Below are positions 52,596 through 64,000 of a stretch of DNA of 64,000 nucleotides, one piece after another. Within the stretch, counting starts at the first letter, position 1, and each line of letters starts with the position of its first letter. The notes below the pieces were generated by a model. That model saw only the letters and a program-made list of their open reading frames with translations. It did not search any database and was not told the origin of the DNA. The position numbers and the translations under genes are program-made. Origin of the DNA: Diadema antillarum (Eukaryota); the NCBI RefSeq assembly GCF_040938485.1, contig NW_027270906.1, positions 3,720,001 to 3,784,000 of the forward strand, given 5' to 3'.

Positions 52596-55500
52596 AGTGC
52601 AAAGCTCAGCTTGTCTGGTCTGGCTAATGGATCATAATCATATTCTTGATGTCCAGTTAAGTCTTGTCCTGGTGTACTGCAATTGAAATTTCAGTGGCAT
52701 AATCATCCCATATTCTAATGCAATGATCAATTTTAATTTTTATCAAAAGTGTTTTCTGCTGTCTCCAACACTTGTGTTAATTGTTAAACCAGTAGAAAAA
52801 TGCACTGTGATGCAGCAGTCTGACAATTTACACTAGCACACTTTGATCTAAGGACAGCACATGATGGCATTTTCCCCCAGTGCTATATCAACCTTGCTGC
52901 CTTTGTGATAAATTAGGGTGAATTGAATATTTAATCATATATTTCTGGTCAGTTTTCCCCGATTTGCTTGAATTCATTTTATACTAGGGTGCATACACCC
53001 CAGTTCATTTTATCAAGTTGTTTTATTTTTCAAACTTCACCCATTGAGGACGGACTAATTTTGCTACAACATGCATTTCCCATAGACACTTGCCCTGGTA
53101 TACTCGGGACTTGTCCTCAACCGGTTAAGAATGTTGATATAACTATAGTATCACATCAATGAAAATGTCCTTTTTTCATGTCCACTGGAAAATATAAATG
53201 TTAATATCATATTAACATTTGAAGATCATCTGAAGGAAAACAATTCTTGGAGGATATTATTGCAACAGTGTCTTAATTCAGGAATCCATCATGTCATTCT
53301 GTGATGTGATTTCATTTTTGATGCTTGCCATTCATCCAAATTAATATCCTCAGTTTTTTTCAATCAGTGTTTTCAAAAGTCATGTCCCAATATGCCATCA
53401 GTCTTTGCTCAATCATTTTTGTGTACTTATCTCCTAGAATTTATAATAATATTTAAAATTTAAAATAAGATCACCTCATTCATCTGCATGTAGCATACGG
53501 CCATTGTATGGACCTGATCATTAGCGATGAATATGTGATACGGAGAATTAATCCTTGCATCCTTTTTTGTTCCACGGACTTATCGCAAGGGCTCTCTATG
53601 GACCCGGTGTGGTGAACAATTCTTCTGTAATACAAGCATGCATTTAGCATGAGTAACGTATTCTGTTTGTAGAAGAGAAGTATAAATTTTCATAAGTTTT
53701 TTAGTTGTGTTGGTTCCTCACTTTGAAGCTGCATGCCTCGCCTATCAGACGCTGTATTCGCACAGCGTACTTACAGCGTCTGGTCGGGCTAGCTGTTGGC
53801 AGTGTGGCGATACACTGGAGCAGTGCAGTGCGCACACTGAAACAATTGCACTAGCAGACAATCCAAAGTGAAGCACACACTGCACAGCATGGTACAAAGC
53901 ATTTTGAATTCATGCTGGGATGAACAGGTTTTGCAGTAAAAAATGCATATTTTGTCCAATGAACATTGCATGATGCCTAGCTTTTGATTGCAATTGTTAT
54001 ACAGTACTCTCCATGTAATCGGGTATCGCTTAAACGGGTACTCCGTTTAATTGGGTAGTTATGTCAAAATCAGTTCCAATGCACATTAAAATTACCTGAA
54101 AATCGGGTTGCATCTCCGCATAAATGGGTAAATACCAACACTGACTTGCCACACGTAAACAAAAATTACACACGTAGCTGGCACTCACAACTGCGTCTGT
54201 GCAGACAGACAGGTTGGAGTTAAACACACTTGCGCTCCTCCCTTACTCTACAACAACATTCACAATACAAGAAGTTCACTTGCAACGAAAATCAGGCCAT
54301 TCACCAGCTCCATAATTTTGCTTTTCCCCAGTCACTTCTCGAAAAGTGACCCGACATTCTACCTGACTAGTGCAGGCAAAGAGATGTGTTCATTTTGGAA
54401 ATCGCCTGCGTGTTAGCAGGGAGTCTATAGTCAAACGACAAAGTTTTCTGAAGACATAATTTGTCCATAAAAAGAATGTAAATTATTGCTCGTGACTGAG
54501 CAAGTGTAAGGTATGTATGATGTGCCGTGCAAGCACGCGTGTTAAGCATACAGTGTAGGTGTTTGGTGCAGTGTACAATACATGTACATAGCACATTTTG
54601 TGTGTCAATTGTGAATGAGACGAGTTCTTCTGTTAATCGGGTACTCCGCTTAATCGGGTAAGAAACGCTCTGCCCGAGCCTACCCGATTATGCGGAGAGT
54701 ACTGTACCAAATTCATAAGCCAAAGCAATAGATTTCATGTGAGTAAAACATAATTTGAAGTACACTTGTACAAAGTAGAATCTTTTAATGTTTTGTAACT
54801 GTTCCTAGGGGTATCCCTTATGGGTACTTGTCAGACACATTGGGCGGAATGCATAAAACAAGCAATTGCTTGTAAGCAATTGCTTCAAGCAAAAGCACAA
54901 GCTCGTCTAGCAAAAGGTGTAGCTCAAGCAATTGCTTAAATTCATATGCATAACCTTTTGCTCTTGCCCATAACTTTTGCTTGTCCTGCACAAGCAATTG
55001 CTTGCGTTTTCAACAAAAGGAACGTCACGCCTGTGCGAACACAAGAACAAAGGCGAGTGTGACAACACGTATTTGAAAGGGCGTGTGTGTGCGAAACATT
55101 TCCTAACATAGCAATAGAGCTATGAAATGGCACTCATAAATGCGCACACAGACGCACACACACACATCTTTACACACACGTACTGGCTGATTCCCATCAC
55201 TGCTTGTAGAGATAGCCCGGATCTGCCAGATCTCACGTGGAGAGAAGTCTCCTTGCTCTCCACCGAAGTCAGACATCTACCTGTTTTTCATCACATTTTG
55301 CGTGCTGACCACTGGACTTTCCCATTGTTGAAATGAAAAAGTTTCTAACGCTGCTAAAGAGTAAGTTCTTGTAGATTTATACCACTCCTGCACAAGTGTG
55401 GTCTTTCTTGTATGAATGTGAAAATGGTACCCTAAGGGAACGTCCAAGTTAAGCAAAAGCTCAAGTTCATTTTGCAGAGCTTGGAAAATCGTAAGCAATT

Positions 55501-58500
55501 GCTAGCAAGAACAAGCAAAAGGTATGTTTTATGCATACGTTTTTAAGCAAACGCTTGGTCTCTAAGCAATTGCTTGCGGGCAGCAAGCAATTGCTTGTGA
55601 TTGCTAGCAAAAGCTTCTGCTTGCAAGCAATTGCTTGTTTTTATGCATACGGATTCGAGTAAAAGGCTAGCACAAGCAATTGCTAGCGTTTATGCATCCG
55701 GCCCAGTGCAAAGCTCAGCTTGTCTGGTCTGGCTAATGGATCATAATCATATTCTTGATGTCCAGTTAAGTCTTGTCCTGGTGTACTGCAATTGAAATTT
55801 CAGTGGCATAATCATCCCATATTCTAATGCAATGATCAATTTTAATTTTTATCAAAAGTGTTTTCTGCCGTCTCCAACACTTGTGTTAATTGTTAAACCA
55901 GTAGAAAAATGCACTGTGATGCAGCAGTCTGACAATTTACACTAGCACACTTTGATCTAAGGACAGCACATGATGGCATTTTCCCCCAGTGCTATATCAA
56001 CCTTGCTGCCTTTGTGATAAATTAGGGTGAATTGAATATTTAATCATATATTTCTGGTCAGTTTTCCCCGATTTGCTTGAATTCATTTTATACTAGGGTG
56101 CATACACCCCAGTTCATTTTATCAAGTTGTTTTATTTTTCAAACTTCACCCATTGAGGACGGACTAATTTTGCTACAACATGCATTTCCCATAGACACTT
56201 GCCCTGGTATACTCGGGACTTGTCCTCAACCGGTTAAGAATGTTGATATAACTATAGTATCACATCAATGAAAATGTCCTTTTTTCATGTCCACTGGAAA
56301 ATATAAATGTTAATATCATATTAACATTTGAAGATCATCTGAAGGAAAACAATTCTTGGAGGATATTATTGCAACAGTGTCTTAATTCAGGAATCCATCA
56401 TGTCATTCTGTGATGTGATTTCATTTTTGATGCTTGCCATTCATCCAAATTAATATCCTCAGTTTTTTTCAATCAGTGTTTTCAAAAGTCATGTCCCAAT
56501 ATGCCATCAGTCTTTGCTCAATCATTTTTGTGTACTTATCTCCTAGAATTTATAATAATATTTAAAATTTAAAATAAGATCACCTCATTCATCTGCATGT
56601 AGCATACGGCCATTGTATGGACCTGATCATTAGCGATGAATATGTGATACGGAGAATTAATCCTTGCATCCTTTTTTGTTCCACGGACTTATCGCAAGGG
56701 CTCTCTATGGACCCGGTGTGGTGAACAATTCTTCTGTAATACAAGCATGCATTTAGCATGAGTAACGTATTCTGTTTGTAGAAGAGAAGTATAAATTTTC
56801 ATAAGTTTTTTAGTTGTGTTGGTTCCTCACTTTGAAGCTGCATGCCTCGCCTATCAGACGCTGTATTCGCACAGCGTACTTACAGCGTCTGGTCGGGCTA
56901 GCTGTTGGCAGTGTGGCGATACACTGGAGCAGTGCAGTGCGCACACTGAAACAATTGCACTAGCAGACAATCCAAAGTGAAGCACACACTGCACAGCATG
57001 GTACAAAGCATTTTGAATTCATGCTGGGATGAACAGGTTTTGCAGTAAAAAATGCATATTTTGTCCAATGAACATTGCATGATGCCTAGCTTTTGATTGC
57101 AATTGTTATACAGTACTCTCCATGTAATCGGGTATCGCTTAAACGGGTACTCCGTTTAATTGGGTAGTTATGTCAAAATCAGTTCCAATGCACATTAAAA
57201 TTACCTGAAAATCGGGTTGCATCTCCGCATAAATGGGTAAATACCAACACTGACTTGCCACACGTAAACAAAAATTACACACGTAGCTGGCACTCACAAC
57301 TGCGTCTGTGCAGACAGACAGGTTGGAGTTAAACACACTTGCGCTCCTCCCTTACTCTACAACAACATTCACAATACAAGAAGTTCACTTGCAACGAAAA
57401 TCAGGCCATTCACCAGCTCCATAATTTTGCTTTTCCCCAGTCACTTCTCGAAAAGTGACCCGACATTCTACCTGACTAGTGCAGGCAAAGAGATGTGTTC
57501 ATTTTGGAAATCGCCTGCGTGTTAGCAGGGAGTCTATAGTCAAACGACAAAGTTTTCTGAAGACATAATTTGTCCATAAAAAGAATGTAAATTATTGCTC
57601 GTGACTGAGCAAGTGTAAGGTATGTATGATGTGCCGTGCAAGCACGCGTGTTAAGCATACAGTGTAGGTGTTTGGTGCAGTGTACAATACATGTACATAG
57701 CACATTTTGTGTGTCAATTGTGAATGAGACGAGTTCTTCTGTTAATCGGGTACTCCGCTTAATCGGGTAAGAAACGCTCTGCCCGAGCCTACCCGATTAT
57801 GCGGAGAGTACTGTACCAAATTCATAAGCCAAAGCAATAGATTTCATGTGAGTAAAACATAATTTGAAGTACACTTGTACAAAGTAGAATCTTTTAATGT
57901 TTTGTAACTGTTCCTAGGGGTATCCCTTATGGGTACTTGTCAGACACATTGGGCGGAATGCATAAAACAAGCAATTGCTTGTAAGCAATTGCTTCAAGCA
58001 AAAGCACAAGCTCGTCTAGCAAAAGGTGTAGCTCAAGCAATTGCTTAAATTCATATGCATAACCTTTTGCTCTTGCCCATAACTTTTGCTTGTCCTGCAC
58101 AAGCAATTGCTTGCGTTTTCAACAAAAGGAACGTCACGCCTGTGCGAACACAAGAACAAAGGCGAGTGTGACAACACGTATTTGAAAGGGCGTGTGTGTG
58201 CGAAACATTTCCTAACATAGCAATAGAGCTATGAAATGGCACTCATAAATGCGCACACAGACGCACACACACACATCTTTACACACACGTACTGGCTGAT
58301 TCCCATCACTGCTTGTAGAGATAGCCCGGATCTGCCAGATCTCACGTGGAGAGAAGTCTCCTTGCTCTCCACCGAAGTCAGACATCTACCTGTTTTTCAT
58401 CACATTTTGCGTGCTGACCACTGGACTTTCCCATTGTTGAAATGAAAAAGTTTCTAACGCTGCTAAAGAGTAAGTTCTTGTAGATTTATACCACTCCTGC

Positions 58501-59724
58501 ACAAGTGTGGTCTTTCTTGTATGAATGTGAAAATGGTACCCTAAGGGAACGTCCAAGTTAAGCAAAAGCTCAAGTTCATTTTGCAGAGCTTGGAAAATCG
58601 TAAGCAATTGCTAGCAAGAACAAGCAAAAGGTATGTTTTATGCATACGTTTTTAAGCAAACGCTTGGTCTCTAAGCAATTGCTTGCGGGCAGCAAGCAAT
58701 TGCTTGTGATTGCTAGCAAAAGCTTCTGCTTGCAAGCAATTGCTTGTTTTTATGCATACGGATTCGAGTAAAAGGCTAGCACAAGCAATTGCTAGCGTTT
58801 ATGCATCCGGCCCAGTGCAAAGCTCAGCTTGTCTGGTCTGGCTAATGGATCATAATCATATTCTTGATGTCCAGTTAAGTCTTGTCCTGGTGTACTGCAA
58901 TTGAAATTTCAGTGGCATAATCATCCCATATTCTAATGCAATGATCAATTTTAATTTTTATCAAAAGTGTTTTCTGCCGTCTCCAACACTTGTGTTAATT
59001 GTTAAACCAGTAGAAAAATGCACTGTGATGCAGCAGTCTGACAATTTACACTAGCACACTTTGATCTAAGGACAGCACATGATGGCATTTTCCCCCAGTG
59101 CTATATCAACCTTGCTGCCTTTGTGATAAATTAGGGTGAATTGAATATTTAATCATATATTTCTGGTCAGTTTTCCCCGATTTGCTTGAATTCATTTTAT
59201 ACTAGGGTGCATACACCCCAGTTCATTTTATCAAGTTGTTTTATTTTTCAACCTTCACCCATTGAGGACGGACTAATTTTGCTACAACATGCATTTCCCA
59301 TAGACACTTGCCCTGGTATACTCGGGACTTGTCCTCAACCGGTTAAGAATGTTGATATAACTATAGTATCACATCAATGAAAATGTCCCTTTTTCATGTC
59401 CACTGGAAAATATAAATGTTAATATCATATTAACATTTGAAGATCATCTGAAGGAAAACAATTCTTGGAGGATATTATTGCAACAGTGTCTTAATTCAGG
59501 AATCCATCATGTCATTCTGTGATGTGATTTTATTTTTGATGCTTGCCATTCATCCAAATTAATATCCTCAGTTTTTTCAATCAGTGTTTTCAAAAGTCAT
59601 GTCCCAATATGCCATCAGTCTTTGCTCAATCATTTTTGTGTACTTATCTCCTAGAATTTATAATAATATTTAAAATTGAAAATAAGATCACCTCATTCAT
59701 CTGCATGTAGCATACGGCCATTGT

Positions 59725-59800
59725 ATGGACCTGATCATTAGCGATGAATATGTGATACGGAGAATTAATCCTTGCATATCCGACACTCGATCATATACCG
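59725..59800 (+). CDS. Putative first coding exon of the plus-strand gene (MDLIISDEYVIRRINPCISDTRSYT-G)
   Basis: ATG at 59725, 76 nt to donor ACCG|gtaact (phase 1). This is exactly the phase needed to join the 60625 acceptor in frame (G|GT GAT TGC...). Candidate acceptors at 59710 and 59654. Confidence 0.6.
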
Positions 59801-59945
59801 GTAACTGAATGCAATGCCATACCATGTGCAAGTTAACTTTAATATAATTAGTTAAATCAAATGAGAAAAAGGGTAGAACTTCAAAACCAGACTTCAAATA
59901 AGAAATTTATGGATTTTTCAATGTTTACAAGTTTTCATGAAAATC

Positions 59946-60188
59946 CTGTATACGCCATATATTTAGCGAGTCCAATTTTTGCAAATCAGGACTTCACAAC
60001 GATTTAGCGAGTGGTTAAATTCTTGATCGTGGAGTACAGTACTGGTCAAACAGAGAAATGTATTTGTGCATGTTACAATCAAATAGGGATCAGAGTTAAT
60101 ATTTTTGTGTGTCTTCAGATTTGTGAGTAGCACCTGACTCACAAAATTCACGAAAATAAAAACCTCACAAAATATTTGGCTTATACAG
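59946..60188. mobile_element. CTGT...ACAG MITE in the intron of the plus-strand gene
   Basis: ctgtatacgccatatattt vs aaatatttggcttatacag|ta: 19-bp TIR with 2 mismatches. Confidence 0.7.
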
Positions 60189-60624
60189 TAGTAAGACTGG
60201 CCATAACTATGTGCAAAGTGGCTGAAGTGGTGATGTCATCAAATCAGAACTCTCCTATTTGTTGGTTAACAAAATATCAAAAACATTGTGTTTTGGTAGA
60301 TATCATAACAGCTACTAAGTACTGTCTCCCCAAAAATCCTCATTACCAGGTTAAAAATGAATTTGGTGTAGATATGTGTTTATGTAGGTCAATGGGAAAC
60401 CTGAGATACCATGACATAATCACTTTATTTGATGTGTTATATGCTGCTACTAATATCAACATTTTGTATTAACTTGTGAAACCTTGAATTTCCATTGTAT
60501 AAATGATTCAAATTTTAAGGTCTGATTGTAAAGATAACTCAACCTTTCTGTTTGTTTGATCCTATCTTGACTATTCTGTTTAACTGTGGAGTCTTTGCTT
60601 TACTTTGTTATTCTTTTTTTGTAG

Positions 60625-63600
60625 GTGATTGCCTGGGAAGTGCAATGGAGTCACCAAAGAAGAAGAAATTGGCAGTTCCAGCGTGCAAGAGGTCCGTGGA
60701 TGATGGAGACACTCCAGATACATCGATGGAAGATTTATGTCGCAAGAAATTCAAACCAATTGCTCCCAAACCTGTGATCAGAAAGGACCAGCATCAGTCA
60801 GTACTCTCTGCAGCTCTTCCAGTCAAGAATGATGTTGCTGGGGGAAAGGAAGTCACAGTTCTTCCCTCACCGAAGCTGGATGCCAACAGCTTGTATGTCA
60901 TGAGGCCCAGTGGTTCCCTGCCACTGATGTGTGGAGGACCCATGATAATGCCGATACCAGTGCCTGTGGTGCCAGGCAAAGATGGTTCTTACATCCCACT
61001 GCAAGTCCCCATCCCCATTCCCGTCATGGTGCCAGTTGTCGTCAGTGTCAATCAGCCGGAGACTTCGAGTGCCTCCAGGAGCCCTTTGACTGTAGCAGCA
61101 GACTCACAAAAGACCAAAGGGTCCTCGGTTGTCAACATTACTGGTGCGCACGCAAGTAAAAAGGAAGGCCCCAACTCATTAGGGGCTTCTAAGCAAGATA
61201 AATCACCATCCACAGGAACCAAAACAAAACCATGCAGATACAAGTATAGCATGATCAAGAATGGTTCCCTGTTCAAGGACATCTTACGTGGTGTCAGTGG
61301 GGACTTCATGGCAAACCATGGCATAACTTTTGAATTGCCAGTTTCTACAGGTGAAGCTACCAGTACTACACAGGAAACAAGTCAAGATGCATCTTCTGTG
61401 GATAGTATTAAAGACAAAAGTAGAGAATCTCATGCTCGTAGTGACATTCCAAAAGAGACATGTGCAACACCTTTGCAGACTGATCAGAATGGAGTGCAGA
61501 TGATACAAAGCATTAATGTGACACCATGTACTACTTTGTCAACATTGGAAGCTAGCAGGACACAACAAGCGCAAATTCCATCAGCTGAAAAGAGACCACC
61601 TCTTGTCTCTGTAGAAAGGCAGATCCCCGTGATAGGAAACACTCAACATACAACTCGGGAAGTTTCTGCACCAGGAAAGGATGGACTTACTACACCTTCT
61701 GTCTCGAGCACTGCTGTAGTGCACAGACCACCACATCATGATTTTTCTACTCAGAAAACATATCTGAATCAACCGACTTCATCTTGTTCCAGCACTATCT
61801 TAAAATCAAGTTCACACCATAATAATCTACAGCATCCATCCAGTACTAGTCTGCAGGTACCTTGTACTCCTACTGCCAATCTACAAGTGAGGCAAAACTC
61901 TGATGGAATATCGCGTGAACACCCACAGCCTAACAGAACTGATTCCAGTGTAACTTCATTGACCACAAGCACTCTACAGCCATTTGTCCAACCTATGATT
62001 CCTCAAAGCAGTTCTGGTGTTACAGTGACAAAAGCAACTCTGATGTCTTCAGTATCTGGATCAAATAACCCCTCACAAACCAGTTCTGCTTCTAATGTTC
62101 CAGTGGTCACCAGCAGTATTGTACACAGAAGCCTTCCTTCATCTACTGCTGCTTTGGTAGAATCTATTAGTCATCCACAATGGAATTTTAGCCATGTCAG
62201 TCAATTCAGAGGTATCCAAGGTACCCCTGGAAGCAGATTGGCTTCCCATCAATCCCAGAACATGCCCTTGTCTTGTAGTACTCCAAACAGAAATTCCGCA
62301 CGTTTGGATGATTCCAGTCTGTACAGTATGGATGAAATGCATACCTTCAGTGTAGAGATGGACCAGTCATCAGGAAGCCTTTTAGGGTCTGATGACAATG
62401 TGAGTGCAGTCCTTGGTATGAGTGATGTTGGCATGCCTGTGTCTACCACCACTACTCTGTCAGACAGTCCAACGCGACGAGCCGTTACGGCAATTGTCAC
62501 ACCTTTGCCTCGAAGTGCAGCTGGTACAGTGACCACTACAACGGGCGGGTCACAAACACAAGTATCTGAAACTGTCAGGGTTACATGTACTACACATGGC
62601 AGCTCCACAACTAATGCGGAATCCTCTACAGTGTCGATGCTTTCAATACCCAATCAAGCCACAGCCCCTTCTACTCGCAATCATATAGCTTCATCAACTC
62701 AGTGTCAAACAAATCAAGTTTCTGGTGCAGAAGTGCGCAGTCAGTGGAGTGGGGGTAGTGTTGCAAGCAGCAGACAGCAACAGACTGGCCTTGTTTCTGT
62801 CCCCAGTCAGACGAGTGTTCAGTCCCCGTGTACTGTGTCTACAAGTAACAACTGTGTACCACAGGTGAATGCAGCATTCCAGGGTCATAGTGCAAGTACA
62901 CAAGGAAATCTTCAAATCACTCCATTCCAAACTCAGAATAATATGGCATCTTGTAATGCTGGCCAGAAGCTTCAGAGCATAACTTCACCACACAACCATG
63001 CAAGAAATTCACACCATGGCATTCACACAGCCATAACCTACTCCTCAAGTTCTCATGCTGGCCATGAAACGCAGAGACAGCAACGATCTGCATCATCACA
63101 TACATTACGGTCACCAAGTGTGAATGTAGGACAAGGTGGGATTACTAACATTCGCTTTCCAAATACTTGCAGAACAGAACACCTAAATGTGCCACCCAGC
63201 AGCGGTGGTAAAGCTGTAAATAGCAACCAACCAGTTCCCAGGGAGAGTGTTGCCGGAAATGTGTCAAGGATTCCAGGTGGAGTTCCGAGTCAAAATGAAC
63301 AGTCACACTATCCTGAAAATCGAGCCCCCAACATGGAAGTAAGGAATCACTCCCAAAGAGCTGGTGAAAATCAACAAAATCTCATGCAGAATGGTCCTGC
63401 TGTCTCGACACAGATTATCAATCCAGGAAGTGATAGGCAAAATATAAGCAGTACTCAGAACCATCCTGTGTCAACTGCCTTCAGCAGTAGCACCTTCCAT
63501 ACAGCAACTCAGAGGCCCCAATTGCAGATGAATGCTGCAAGAATGCCATCATCCTCAGGCATACATCCCGTCTGGCAACCCCAATGGGCTGGAAATGCAC

Positions 63601-64000
63601 AGGTGAGGCCACACCATCCACCATTTGCCAACAGTGTCGACCAGCACCATGCCACACGCCCATCCGCCACTGCACAGATGAGGCAGCAACCAGAGAGACC
63701 TACACCTTCTGACGGCAATAGTACGAGTGATACCCTGATAGCGTCATCCTCTGTGCAGTCTGTCCCACTCCAGAGTAATCTGACAGCTAGATCAGACATG
63801 GGTGAACAATTTCAAGCGAGCATGAGGACAGGACATCCAGCTGTTCCACCTACCCATCCTCCTCATACAAGAGCAGGAAATACAAATATTATCTCCACTT
63901 CTCATGCAGCTCAGGTACCTGTCTTCCCAGTAGCAAGTGAGAAAAGTGTGACTGCAGGTAATCATCCGAATCCTATGAATTTCAGCACCCCAACAAATGA
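60625..64000 (+). CDS. Giant coding exon (over 1100 aa, open to the window end) of an uncharacterised S/T/Q/P-rich, probably nuclear protein
   Basis: Strong acceptor ttattctttttttgtag|G at 60624. Hand translation found no stop in the frame containing ATG 60645 (MESPKKKKLAV...KKFKPIAPKP...PIPVPVVP...VPIPIPVMVPVVV...) through 64000. It is absent from the ORF track, presumably because no stop is reached. Confidence 0.88.

Larger units (their letters stand above)
50290..59777. repeat. Tandem triplication: copy 1 50290-53560 (~3.27 kb), copy 2 53563-56669, copy 3 56672-59777 (period 3109)
   Basis: Identical ORF-track entries recur at 3109-bp spacing. Both junctions read cttgcat-cc-ttttttgttccacgg. 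Copy 1 carries 156 bp (50870-51025) absent from copies 2 and 3. Confidence 0.98.

Noticed and set aside
50429-59380. Recurrent 60-77 aa ORFs in the triplicated unit
   Set aside because: They recur only because the DNA is repeated. They overlap MITEs and lack coding-like composition.
1-64000. tRNA, rRNA or snRNA genes
   Set aside because: No T-loop/B-box cloverleaf or rRNA/snRNA-like sequence recognised by eye. A tRNAscan-SE/Infernal run would be needed to exclude them fully.

Overview
Eukaryotic (animal) genomic DNA: AT-rich, intron-rich and dense in MITEs. The repeat landscape suggests a marine invertebrate deuterostome such as a sea urchin, which is inference only. There is a 141-N assembly gap at 32778-32918. 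Two genes appear to be arranged head-to-head around a CpG-rich promoter zone at about 44.7-50.4 kb. (1) A minus-strand C2H2 zinc-finger gene with three coding exons (13146-13039, 11250-10879, 10475-8241; 904 aa), whose probable non-coding first exon lies about 31 kb upstream. (2) A plus-strand gene that the ORF track missed because its ORF runs off the window. It has a small start exon (ATG 59725, phase-1 donor after 59800) spliced in frame to a giant exon of more than 3.3 kb (60625 to beyond 64000) encoding an S/T/Q/P-rich, probably nuclear protein. The most striking structure is a 3.1-kb tandem triplication (50290-59777). Its breakpoints fall inside the putative leader exon and inside the first coding exon of the plus-strand gene, so two chimeric exons carrying copies of the start codon now precede the intact one. 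The middle copy is a recombinant of the outer two. The window also holds a decayed DIRS-like retrotransposon RT/RNase H relic (about 0.5-1.8 kb), Kolobok-, hAT-, pogo-, Harbinger- and Helentron-like non-autonomous elements, minisatellites and microsatellites. No rRNA, tRNA or CRISPR array was found.
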